Positions 49,871 through 60,514 of a stretch of 64,000 nucleotides of DNA are shown piece by piece. Location: contig CAWDWO010000008.1 in the NCBI GenBank assembly GCA_963806035.1, positions 26,839 through 90,838 of the forward strand, given 5' to 3'. The notes below the pieces were generated by a model. That model was not told the origin of the DNA, searched no databases, and worked only from the letters and a program-made list of their open reading frames with translations. The position numbers were made by a program, and so were the translations under genes. Numbering within the stretch: the first letter of the stretch is position 1; each line of letters opens with the position of its first letter. Source of the DNA: Candidatus Krumholzibacteriota bacterium (GTDB lineage: Bacteria > Krumholzibacteriota > Krumholzibacteriia > JAJRXK01).

Positions 49871-52183
49871 CTAGAATCGCACGAATGCATTGATGACGAT
49901 CTGGGTTCGATCTTCGAGCTGTTGTTCCGCTTGGAGGATGTTGTAAGGGTGATAACGATCGAAACCCATCTCCTGCAAATACCGCTCGCGGAACTGCTGT
50001 CGTCCGTTCGGCCATCCCTGCGGGTCGATGACGAAGTAGTAGTCGGGATCCACCCCGAAACCCAATTGGATGCTCACGGGGTCTGACGGTTCCCACACCA
50101 GTCCCACGTAGGACGAGAAAAAGTCACCATTGAGCCCGACGACGGATTCACTCACTCCACCCTCAGCATCACTGTCGAGCCTGCGAATGGTGACACCATC
50201 CGGGCCGTCGTAATTGATGTAACGCAGGTTGATCCGCACGCCGAAACCGTCGTCCCCCGCGCTGAAGAGGGGCAGTTTGGCCTTCAGGATGAGCTCCTTC
50301 TGGTCCATGCGCGCGAAGTAACCCTGGGCCTGCAGCGGGTTGCCGATGTTCTGCGCGCTATCGAAGTTCAGGTAGCTGGCGGCCCCCACGTCCTGCATCG
50401 GGCGTGGATCGTCGTAGTTCAGCAGCTGAGAGTCCATTCCGAGGTACCAACGAGCGTTCTCGAAAGGATGCCAGCTCACGCGGGGGCTGATTCTCCACGC
50501 GGTGCGGTCGAAGGCGGCTGCCCCGGTGGAAAAGAAATCCACGTAGCCCAGGTTCTCTCTTTCGCGGCCGAGCAGGAAGTCGAGGTTCCAATCGCTCTTC
50601 TGCCACCCCACCGCCCAGCGAAGGTCGTGGGACGAGCGCTCGGGGGTGGGACCGGTCATCAGAATGTCGACACCATTCAGACCATTCACCTCGACGTAGC
50701 TGCCCATGACCTCGTTGGGAGCGAAGCGATCCATGTCTGCCACCATGGTTCCCGGCTGAGTGCGGTAAGTGATGTACTCTTCGTCGGCATCCATGCCCTG
50801 GGTGTATTGGTACTCGTAGCTGACTCTGGAGCTCAAACCTTCATGGTGGTAGTCCAGGGCGAATTTGCCACGCAGACCTCGCTCGTTTCCGATGCTGTAG
50901 TCCACCTTGCCATCGTCATAGAAATCTCCCTGTACGTCCTCGCGATTCCCCAGATCCCATCGAGCGTCATACCAGCTGTAAGCCAGGGCCAAGACCCCAC
51001 CGAAATCGCCCACGATCGGACTCTCCACATCCGCCGCGACCACATGGAAATCGTTGGCTAGCTCGTAGTTATCCGAGACGTTCTTTTCCTCACGCCCCGC
51101 GGCCATCTGATCCTCTTGGTGCTGCTCGAGGTAGTCGGGAAGGGTGTTGTTGGCGTTGGTAAAGTTGACCCACCAATCGCTCAGGAGGCCACGGTAAGTC
51201 ACCCCCATTTTGGTCTTTCCCACCGGACGCGTATAGCGCAGGCCCACGACGTCCGTCCCGGTGCGGCGGTCGAATCCCTTCGTCCCCACCGTGTTCTCGT
51301 CGGGGAGACGGGGAGCAAAGATGTCCTCGTCATAGGTGTCGCTGTAGCTCAAGCCGAGATCACCTCCGACCAGGTTCATGCGGAAAACCACACCCTGGGT
51401 TCCCTGGCCGAACTTTCGGTTCTCGTGGCGAATGGTCCCGCGCAGATCCTCGTGTCCCAACAGATGGAAGGGATCATCGGTGGAGAAGCACTCCTCGTTG
51501 TAGTTGGCCTGCACTGACCACTTGTCTTCGAGGAAATTCGCCTGCGCCTTGTAGAGTTCAGTCGTCAGCTCGTTAGGGTTTCCCTGACCCTGACCGGTTC
51601 GCACCTGCAAGCGGACGCTGGCCCAGAGCTTCTGGTTGAGATTCGCAGTGACGTCGAAGTTGTATTGATCATCAGGATGTTCAAAGCGAAGACGCACGTC
51701 TCCCGGCACGTCGGAAGTCGCGGGCATGATGGCACGGAAGAATCCGCCCAGATATACCTTGCTGTTGAGCGTGTTGTTGGAGATGACGGGAGTCCCCGAG
51801 GGAACCGGCGCCGCTTTGGTCGTCGACACGACGATCTTCCCCTGCGCATCGATGTCGATGAGGGAGTTTCCGTAGTCGCCTCCCGTACGCGGATTGCCCG
51901 GATCGGTCACCCAGGTGCCACCGTTGATGACGAACTTGTAGCCATAGCTACCCGGCTTCAGTTTCACCACCACCGACCAGGTGCCGTCTCCGTCCGGATC
52001 TTCCATCGGAGTTGCCGTCGTGTTCCATTCGTTGAAATCCCCGGCAAGCGCGACCGAGTTCGCCGATGCGTCGGTATACTCGAAGAGAATTCCTCCATCA
52101 ACCTGACTCACTTCTGCCAGCGCGGAACTCGCAACGAGCAGAAGTAGCAGTGCGAGTAGAGGGAGTAGGCATTTGCTGCGCAT
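49871..52183 (-). CDS. CBM48 domain fused to a predicted outer-membrane beta-barrel
   Basis: Signal peptide (ALA), CBM48 (LAGDFNEWN...YKFVINGGTWVTDP) and a P/T linker. About 630 aa of amphipathic strands end in QIVINAFVRF. Confidence 0.7.
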   Translation of the reverse strand: MRSKCLLPLLALLLLLVASSALAEVSQVDGGILFEYTDASANSVALAGDFNEWNTTATPMEDPDGDGTWSVVVKLKPGSYGYKFVINGGTWVTDPGNPRTGGDYGNSLIDIDAQGKIVVSTTKAAPVPSGTPVISNNTLNSKVYLGGFFRAIMPATSDVPGDVRLRFEHPDDQYNFDVTANLNQKLWASVRLQVRTGQGQGNPNELTTELYKAQANFLEDKWSVQANYNEECFSTDDPFHLLGHEDLRGTIRHENRKFGQGTQGVVFRMNLVGGDLGLSYSDTYDEDIFAPRLPDENTVGTKGFDRRTGTDVVGLRYTRPVGKTKMGVTYRGLLSDWWVNFTNANNTLPDYLEQHQEDQMAAGREEKNVSDNYELANDFHVVAADVESPIVGDFGGVLALAYSWYDARWDLGNREDVQGDFYDDGKVDYSIGNERGLRGKFALDYHHEGLSSRVSYEYQYTQGMDADEEYITYRTQPGTMVADMDRFAPNEVMGSYVEVNGLNGVDILMTGPTPERSSHDLRWAVGWQKSDWNLDFLLGRERENLGYVDFFSTGAAAFDRTAWRISPRVSWHPFENARWYLGMDSQLLNYDDPRPMQDVGAASYLNFDSAQNIGNPLQAQGYFARMDQKELILKAKLPLFSAGDDGFGVRINLRYINYDGPDGVTIRRLDSDAEGGVSESVVGLNGDFFSSYVGLVWEPSDPVSIQLGFGVDPDYYFVIDPQGWPNGRQQFRERYLQEMGFDRYHPYNILQAEQQLEDRTQIVINAFVRF

Positions 52184-52203
52184 AGGGCGATTCCTCCGGC
52201 TCT

Positions 52204-53733
52204 CTAGAACCAAAGCTTCAAGATGAGTTGCACGCGACGGTCATAGTCCTGGTCCTGGGCACTGGGACCTTCACTGACGAAGCTGTCGTTTTCCGCGAGG
52301 CGATCACTGCGCCCCCCATCACCGTATTCGATGTAGAAATCCGCGTTCTGCCAACCGCTGTAACGAGCCTGCACGAAGACGGTCCTTCTCGATTCTGTGT
52401 TTTCGTCAGCGTTGAGAAAGCGGGCAAAGAACTTCCATTTGGAAGTGGCGTTCAGATTGATTTCCATGCCGTAGCCCTGGGTGGCGAAACGGGTTCCGAT
52501 GTCGCGGAAGCGAACTTCGGGACGCACCGAAATGAGCTTGTTCTGGCCCTGAAGCTCCAGAATGAGATTCCGGTAGACCGACTCGCCGGTGGCGATGTCC
52601 TTGTTTCCCTCGAAGCGGCGGTATTTCACCCAGGAACTGAAGCCGCCCTTGAGCTCCATGTAGACTTCGGCTTCGTACTGCCGTTGATCGAATTTCTTGC
52701 CATCGGCTTCGATGCGTTCCATCGCCCGATTGCGCCAGTGGGCCAGGCGGATGTCCATCTGCTTGCGGGGAAGGCGCCACCACCCTTCCAGGTAGTACCC
52801 CTTGCGATCGTTGTCGCCCTCTCGGTTGCTGATGGCAGTATAGAAATTTGGTTCGCGGTACCAGGCGTCCGCCTTGATGGTCATTCTTCCGGCGCGTAGA
52901 TCTCGCAGCTCGAGCTGGTATCCGTTGCGGCCCTTGTCCTCCAGGGGAAGATTGGTCTCTCCCGAGTAATTGCGTCCCGCCTCACCCACCAGGGAGACGC
53001 GACCGAGGGGAGCCAGTGGCGAGATGAATTCGCCGAGAGCAATTTCGAAGTCCATTGCACCCGTGAGGTCGTAGTCTCGCGAGGTGCTCCCGAAGTCTCT
53101 GCGGCCGAAGGTGGTGCCCAGAAGGATTCTCCGGTCGGACAGATTCTTGTAGAAACGTCCCGCGAAAAAATTCTCGCCGTTCGTCGACTTCGTTCCGTAG
53201 TAGAAGAGTCCGCCGAAGCCTCTCAGGTTGCGCAGGTCGACCCGTAGCGCCTGGGACCTCGGTCCATCCAGGTAGTCCGCGAGACTGCTGCCATCGACGA
53301 CGTTCAGCAGGGGCTGGCTGAACCAGAAGCGGTCCTGATGACTGAATGCGACGATGTCCATGTAGGGGCGACGGAAGAGAATGTGGCCTTCGTTGAAGAG
53401 CAACTCGGGCCGGTGGGTGTCGATATTGTCCGCGTTTTGCGCAAGAGGCGGTTTGGTGAGGCGGTAGCGATTCGAATTGGCGCTCAGTTTGGTGAACGCT
53501 TCGAAGTCTGCCCAGGGCGAAGCCAACACGCGCAATTCGGCGTAGTGGTTGGGTTGATCGAACTGCCAGGTTCCGTCGAAGGCCTCTGCTTGCGAATAGG
53601 CCTCGTAAAAGCCCTGCAGCTCCACGGTTCCCGCGAACACTACCGGAGATGCGACCATGGCGGCCAGAACGGCCGCGCACGAGAGGATTGCCGCGCGCAG
53701 AGGGCAGTTCCATCGGAATCGAATCACGCGCAC
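52204..53733 (-). CDS. Predicted outer-membrane beta-barrel protein of unknown family
   Basis: Signal peptide (VFA), alternating aromatic/polar strands and a terminal beta-signal VQLILKLWF. Confidence 0.7.
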   Translation of the reverse strand: MRVIRFRWNCPLRAAILSCAAVLAAMVASPVVFAGTVELQGFYEAYSQAEAFDGTWQFDQPNHYAELRVLASPWADFEAFTKLSANSNRYRLTKPPLAQNADNIDTHRPELLFNEGHILFRRPYMDIVAFSHQDRFWFSQPLLNVVDGSSLADYLDGPRSQALRVDLRNLRGFGGLFYYGTKSTNGENFFAGRFYKNLSDRRILLGTTFGRRDFGSTSRDYDLTGAMDFEIALGEFISPLAPLGRVSLVGEAGRNYSGETNLPLEDKGRNGYQLELRDLRAGRMTIKADAWYREPNFYTAISNREGDNDRKGYYLEGWWRLPRKQMDIRLAHWRNRAMERIEADGKKFDQRQYEAEVYMELKGGFSSWVKYRRFEGNKDIATGESVYRNLILELQGQNKLISVRPEVRFRDIGTRFATQGYGMEINLNATSKWKFFARFLNADENTESRRTVFVQARYSGWQNADFYIEYGDGGRSDRLAENDSFVSEGPSAQDQDYDRRVQLILKLWF

Positions 53734-53744
53734 CTCACCTTCCC

Positions 53745-54641
53745 CTAGAAGCGCAAGTTCACGGAGGCCCGGTAGGTATTTCCGAGCCTCTCGTGCGTGA
53801 GAAGACTCAGATCGAGTCGAACCATGGAGACCAGAAGGCCCATTCCCGCAGTCAAATCCGAATCGTCGATTCCCGCCCGCAAAGCTAGGACGTCCTCGAA
53901 CCAGGCCTCAGCCCCGAAATGGGCCGTCCAATTCCCTCCCACGTAGGGTGGGATGTCGTGGTGCCGGACTTCCGCCGAGAGCCACACGATGTCCTCCAGC
54001 AGGTAGGCCATGCCGAAGCGACGCCGTCCTCCGATCTCCCTGACGTCAGTGCTGGTACTCACGAGCTGAATCGTGGGCCGCAGTAGATTCTCGAAGCTGG
54101 CTCCCACTTGGAGGTTCTCTTTCACGTGGTACAGCATGCCCAGGCTGAACGAGCTCTCCCACTGCGCGCCGTTGTAGTTGGGATCGTTCAGCGCCTCGTA
54201 GCCGGGGGCGGAGGCTCCGTAAAAGAGAGCGGAGACGCCGAAACTGAGCCTCTTCCCCAGCAGGGACTTGGCCACCCCCGCCGTGAGCACATCCTCGTGA
54301 TAGATGTCCTTCAGCCCGGTCCGCGTCCATCCGAATCCGAGGGCCCAGCTCCCGGCGAGCTGGGCGGAGGCGCCGAGGAAATCCTCGCTCAGACCGTCCA
54401 GTCCGTCGTAGAGCGAGGTTCTCATCCCCTCGACCTGCACGCCGTGTTCGTCACTCAGAATGGATGCGGGATTCCAGAAAATGTGTGAAGGGTCACCGTT
54501 CATGGCGACGAACGCACCGCCCATGGCCTGGCCTCTTGCCCCCACTTCCTGGTCGACGAAGTCCGCGCGCGCCGAAATCGGCAGTAGAAGCAGAGCGAAT
54601 GCGCTCAGAGACACAAGCCGCAGGCGGTGCCGGGTCTTCAT
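53745..54641 (-). CDS. PorV/PorP-like (FadL-fold) outer-membrane protein
   Basis: GARGQAMGGAFVA..DPS.IFWNPA, LALRAG and terminal ASVNLRF. ATGA overlap with the upstream giant gene. Confidence 0.82.
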   Translation of the reverse strand: MKTRHRLRLVSLSAFALLLLPISARADFVDQEVGARGQAMGGAFVAMNGDPSHIFWNPASILSDEHGVQVEGMRTSLYDGLDGLSEDFLGASAQLAGSWALGFGWTRTGLKDIYHEDVLTAGVAKSLLGKRLSFGVSALFYGASAPGYEALNDPNYNGAQWESSFSLGMLYHVKENLQVGASFENLLRPTIQLVSTSTDVREIGGRRRFGMAYLLEDIVWLSAEVRHHDIPPYVGGNWTAHFGAEAWFEDVLALRAGIDDSDLTAGMGLLVSMVRLDLSLLTHERLGNTYRASVNLRF

Positions 54642-57600
54642 CGCACCACCGCCACGGCTGCCGTCGCCCGTTCCCAGCGCTTGAGAAACTTCCCCAGCAC
54701 CTCGGCGCGACACACGTAGATTCCCATCGGCACGTAGTTGCCGCTCTCGTCCTTGCCGTCCCAAACCAATCCCTCGGTGCGGTTGGTCATCTCCCCCACT
54801 CCGGTGAAGAGCTGCAGAGTTCGGACCTTCTTGCCGCGCAGATCGAAGATCTCCACCACGGCCTGGTCGATCTCGTCGGGGATGACGTAGCTGATGTTGA
54901 GGTAATCGTGAATCCCGTCGCCGTTGGGAGAGAAAGGATTGGGACTCAGTTGCAAGCCGGTGACCAGGGTCTCGCTCTTCAGGTCACTGCCTTTCGTGAA
55001 CACTCCGTAGAGCCCGGTCTGCGCCACCTTCGCGGTGATGGTGCTCCCGGAGACTTCGCTGTGCCCTCCGACGAGTATCCAACGCCGAGCGGGCTCACTG
55101 TAACGGAAGTACTGCAGATTCGAGGGCTTCTCTCCGCCAATTTCGTAGTAGGGAAAGTGGATGGAGAACTCGGCGAGCTCGGGCAGATCCTTGATCTCCT
55201 CCATCGTGCTGTCGGCATGAACCCAGAACAACTGGAAGCTGCGCGCGGTCTCGAGGAAGCGATCCTGTGGCATCAAAACCGTTTCGTTGCTCCCCCCGTG
55301 GGTCGAGAGATCCAGATCCTCGCGGCCCAGAGCGCGGTAACGCAAGGAAAGCCGTGAGCTGTCGTCCTCGGCAAAGAGCTTGTCCACGTAGGTGCGTGGC
55401 AACCGCAAGCGGCTTCCTTCCGGCAGATCGAAGTCGACGGGATTGCTGTCATCGGGGAGATCTCCCGGACTCAGAACCTGCGTCACCTCGTCCACCGGTT
55501 TCTCGGGAACTTCGATGAGATACTCGACACTACCCTCGGGCGTCTTGTTTCCGACTCCGTCGGCGGCTTCGAAGGAGAGAATCATGTAGCGCACCGCTTC
55601 GGTAGTACCGTCCTCCTTCTGACGCTGCACTAGATTGGTAACGGAGGGATCGCTGAACTCATCCCATGGGATGTCGCCGATGTGCGTGATGCCGTCGCTG
55701 TCCAGATCACTGCGCAGCAGGCCCAAGGGGACTTCGCGAGCATTCGACCTGGGTTCGCCCACCCCTCGCCATTTCAGGGTCGCCGAGGTAACTCCACTTA
55801 CATCCTCGATCTTCACGATGGGCGAAACCGGAGCCTCTTTGAGAACAGCCCATTGCCGCAGTGCCCGGTTGGGGTCGTTCAGGAAGGTGATCTGCGGCGG
55901 AACCGTGTCGATGAGCTCCTCGGCCTCCAGCTCACACGAGACGAGGATCTTCGGATCGGCAAAACGTCGTTCCGCCTCGGGAGTGGTGAAATCGAGCTGT
56001 TCCTCTTGCGGGCGCCCGGGGGGCTTCGGCTTCCCCGTGGGATCCAGACCGGCGTGAGTCATGATGTCGATGATGTTGGCATCCCGCTCGCGATTCTGCT
56101 CCCCGTTCTTTCCGCCTCCGAACTGCCATTCGGGCCGTCCCTCGTTGACCCAGCGGATGCCTCCCCAGTTGCTGTCGTTCGAATCCCCATCGTGACCGCT
56201 CATCAGTACGATGAAATCCCACTGGGCGATCTTGGCCTTCAGCTCCTCGGCGGAGAGATCGGCGACCTCGAGCCGGCTCTTGTCCACGAACAGGTCGATG
56301 GTGTTGTCGACCGCGTTCGCGCAGAAGAAATAGTCCTCGTCGTTGCGGAAGATGTCCCAACTCCCCGCCGCCGAAGAATTGTTGCTACGCAACATTCCCT
56401 TCCACCAGCCGTCGGCGACCACGGCATAGTCCCAGGCGTCCTGGCGCGCGATGTCGGCATAGCGGTTGTCGGGAATCTTCGTCGATCCCTTTCCAGAGAT
56501 GTTGTCGATGAGCAGAACGACGTTCTGAAGGTTGAGATCGATCCGCGAGCCGCTGGGACAGAGCTGATCGCTGGGATAGGTCGCGTTCCAATCGGATGCG
56601 TCGGGCTCGGAGGGGTCGGTTACATCTCCCACCTTCACCCTGAACACGAGCTTGTCACCCGCGTCGAAGACTTCCATACCCTGCAGGTCGAAGACGCCCG
56701 GAAAGAAAACTCCGTTCGTGGGATAGGTGTAGTAGAGGAAGCGCTCGCCGGGCTGATTGGGGCCGTGGTCGTCACCCACCGCATCCTCGATGCTGAGGAT
56801 GGGCTCGAGCTCGGCCTGACCGGTGATCGCGAGCTCGGCACTCGCAGTCACTCGTTCTCCCGAGTTCAATTCGGAGGCGTGCACCATGATCGTCGCGTCA
56901 CCTTCGAGTTCACTGGGAGCGATGGTCAACAGAACGCTGTACAGTCCATCTCCGGCCACGAGATCGCCGTTCACTCCTGCATCATTCATCGGGGTCAGCG
57001 CGTCGCCCTTGAAACGCGAGAAGTCCGCAAAGACCTGGAAGAGCGGATTGGGGATGCTGGACGAGTCCACGACGGGACGGGCCGTGAGCAGGGTCGATTC
57101 GCCCTGGCTGATCTCCGGCGGAGTGAACTTGACCTCTTCGAGCTTCAGGGCTCCGGGCAGGATCTCGGGCACGAAGGTGGCCCAGTTCTTCAAGTCCACG
57201 CGCGGGGGCAGATTCTCCCACCACTCTCCAGCTCCTGCCGGAGGGACCATGTCCACGGTGGCGTCGTGCGGAACGGAATCCAGCGCCGGCCGTTTTTCGC
57301 CGCCATCCTCCTGCATGACGTAAGCCTGGAGTCTGAGCGTATCGACGCCGGCGACGAAATTCGCACCCAGAACTTTCAAGGGCATGCGGAAGGTCACCGT
57401 GGTCTCGTTCTTCGTGACCCAGCCCTGCGTCTTGCCGTTCACGTTGTCGTTGAACTCACTGATCCAGGTGCCCGCCACCATGTCGTACCACTGCCAGTCC
57501 GTGGGCGAACCGGTGGGAGGAGGGCGCCTGAGGTCAGCGTAGTCGTCCGCCGCATACTTGTAGGTGAATACCATATCGGGCAGAAGAGCGTGCGTGTAGT

Positions 57601-60368
57601 AGATGGGAAAGCCGAAATAGTCCTGGATCGCCCCCACCGGCGTTCCCGTCGACTCCAGCAGGAGAGCCATGTGCGCGCCATTGAAGTTGCTGTGGAAGGG
57701 CAGTTCCACCACCAGCGTGTCGTTCTGGACGAAGGCATAGAGCGCGGTCAGATCCATCTCGGGGTTGGAATTATGATTGCTGTCGCTCTCCGGAGCCCTC
57801 TCGTCCGTGGCGGCCAGTCCGAAGAGAACCGGCGTGCGCAAAGTGGTGCTCTGCTGCGGCAAACCGGCAAGGCTCACCGTGCACTCCACGACGCCGGTTC
57901 GATCCGCGAGCAGTTGAAGATCGAAGCTCGCCGAACCGGATTGATCGTCCAGAGTCACGGAGCTGGGAGCCGAGGCCACGACCTCCGAGGGACCCGCACT
58001 CACCGCAATGTTCGACCCCGGAAGCGGTGAGGCGTTGCCGTAGGCATCCGCGAGTTGAACCTTGTAACGGATGAGAATCTGGTCGTTCTCCACCCGCAGC
58101 TCCGAGCTGAGCAACAACTGCTCGGGCCGCTCCGGGAGTACCTTGAAGTTCAGTTCCGGCGAGACGATCTCCTTGCCTGAATCCGTGGTGCCCATCGCCT
58201 GCAGGGTGTAATCCCCGCTTACCGTGGTGGTAAAGGCCACGTCGCCGTCGGTTCCGAAGGACCCGTCACTCGCGGTGATCGCCACGCTCGGTCCGACGCC
58301 CGCCACGGCCGGAGTGATCTCGAAATTCACCAGGAACTCGTTCGAGAACACGGGATTTCCCGAGACGTCGAGAAGCCGGCCTTGCAGGGGGATGCTCTCC
58401 CCCGCCTTCATCTGGGTGCCCTGCGCCGTGAGCGCGATCTCCGCCGGCTCGATGGGGAGCACGCCAACTTCGAGCACGCCTTCCAGTCCCCCGCCCTGCG
58501 CGAGAAGCCGCACGACCTCCTGCGCATCATCAGTCAAGAGGAAGCGAGCCCTGCCGGAGGGAACCGCACCGGCTTGGGGCTCGAAGACCGCGGGGTCGGC
58601 CAGCGGCTGTGTGATGGCCGTCGTGTCCGCCGCGCTCCAAAGGACCACGTTGCCCTGGGTGGGATACGCGGGATCCATCGTGGAAGAACTCAGGCTCAAA
58701 CCCGGCAGACCGTAAATGGCCTCGTTGCCCTCATCGTCCACGAAGCCAAGCTCGACCACGAGAAAGGCGAAGAAGTTCTCGGCGGGAAGACTCACCGTGG
58801 TGAAGTCCGCCGTGATGCGATCCCCATTACCCTCTTCGTTGGCATCGAAGAACGCGACCCTCGTGGCCTGCACCGTGGAGAGGTCGAGAGTCCCCAGATC
58901 GACGGGGTTGTCGTTGTCGGGTACCCTCAGCTCCACCTCCAACTTCTTGTAGCCGGAACGCTCGGGATCGGCCGCCGTAATCGAGGAGGGCCAGCGCGGA
59001 ACGATGCTCAGGGTATAATTCCCCGCGGGGACGGGGCGCAGGCTCATGCTCAGTGGATCGCCCGGAGCAATGACGAAGCTTTGCTCGAACTCTCCCCCCA
59101 GATCGGTCTCACCCTTGATCTCTCCGGCCAACTCGAGGGTGCGCGTGAGCGTTTCCGGCCCATCCAGATACTGCAGTGCGAAATCGACTTCGCTCGTGAC
59201 TCGCAGCGCGTCGAAGTTGATGCCACTGAGATCCTCGTTCTCGCCCAGCGAAACGGTCTGAGGGGGGGCCAGGTATGCGTTGCTCTGCACCGAAACGGTG
59301 TAGGTGCCGGGTCCGAGCCGTACCAGCTGATAATCCCCGCCGCCGGGAGGAGTCTGATCGCGAGACGCTTCGGTTCCGTCGGGAAGCTTCGCGACCACAT
59401 CGAGTACGGAGAGCGTGTCGCTCAGATCGCTGAGCGTCACGGTGCCGGAGATGCTACCCGAGGGCGGCCAGTCCGGGTCGGGGGTTCCGTCACCGTCCGC
59501 ATCGACCACGAAACTGACCGGCCGATCGATCACCCGAAAGGTCGATTGCGCCGGGATCGATTCCTCGGACATTGAATCCCCACCGCCCACGATGTTGACC
59601 ACCAGGGCGATGGAAGCGCCGGCGGGAACGGTGGTGGTGAGGGAAGGATAGAGATTCGCGTAGAGATCGCTCCAGGGAATGAAAAACTCCAGCGCGGTGT
59701 TCCCCTGTTTGTCGAATCCCTGACAGGCCAGAGGGATCCGCGCAGGGCACGTTCACCCCCACCTGTTGGCTCTCGTCCTTGATCAGATTGACCGGCGCCG
59801 CGGGATCGAAGAGATCCAGAATGCCTCGATCGTAGGTGCCGGCCCAGGAGGTGAAACCGAAGTCGGCGCCGAACCCTCCCCCCACTTCGAGAGGACGCCA
59901 GAGATTGCGGCTGATCGCGCCCAGCGCGTCCTGGCCGATCTGGTCCATGTTGGTGATCCCGGTTCCCTGACCGAAATCCGCATCGAGATAGACGTTGACC
60001 GAGTTACTTCCCGTACCCGGACCGGCGGTGTCCCACAGGAAACCCTGCACGCCCACGTACAGACCCTTGGCGTCCCAGGTCACCCAGAGGCCCGTGAGGT
60101 CGTTGAAGGCGCCCCAGTTGCTGTCTCCCGCCGGATCTTCAACGAGCAGCTCGTCTGGTTGCCAGTCGTTGGAATCGGGCTCATCGTAGATGGGACCGTC
60201 GACGACGGGGGAGTTGTAGGTGGTAGCGCGTGCCGTGGTGGCCGGAACAATCTCCGTCGCAAAAAAGAGAGCCAAGAGGAGTGAAAGACGAACCGTGAAA
60301 CGGAAAAGGTTCGAAGGCAATTCTCTGAGTTCAGTCGAAGCGGAACTTCCGGGGGGAATACTCTTCAT
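54638..60368 (-). CDS. About 1,900-aa secreted multidomain scaffold (DOMON-like/glucodextranase-C, carboxypeptidase-regulatory-like, Ig-like) with a T9SS-like CTD; +1 frameshift near 59700-59752
   Basis: ORFs 59490..60428 and 54638..59602 join on removing one base (...DPSG/QGFDKQGNTALEFFIPWSDL...). Contains DAVGDDHGP...YTYPTNGVF.PGVFDL. Ends SPNPFSPNGDG.HD...IFDLRGKKVRTL...WDGKDESG..VPMGIY. Confidence 0.75.
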
Positions 60369-60514
60369 CGAAATCCCTTCGGCGCCCGCATTTGTCTTCG
60401 GGCGATGTAGATTCCGTCCGATTCGCAACCGACCTTGCGCCCGCCAAGCCTAGAGGAGGTTTCCTCGCGAGGTCAAGCCGCTCCTGTCTCGATCCCGTCC
60501 TTTGAGCGGTGCGC

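Noticed and set aside
49871..53733. Calling the barrels SusC/TonB-dependent receptors or LamB
   Set aside because: No plug or TonB-box motif, no SusD neighbour and no LamB signature that I can recognise. Left as unknown barrels.
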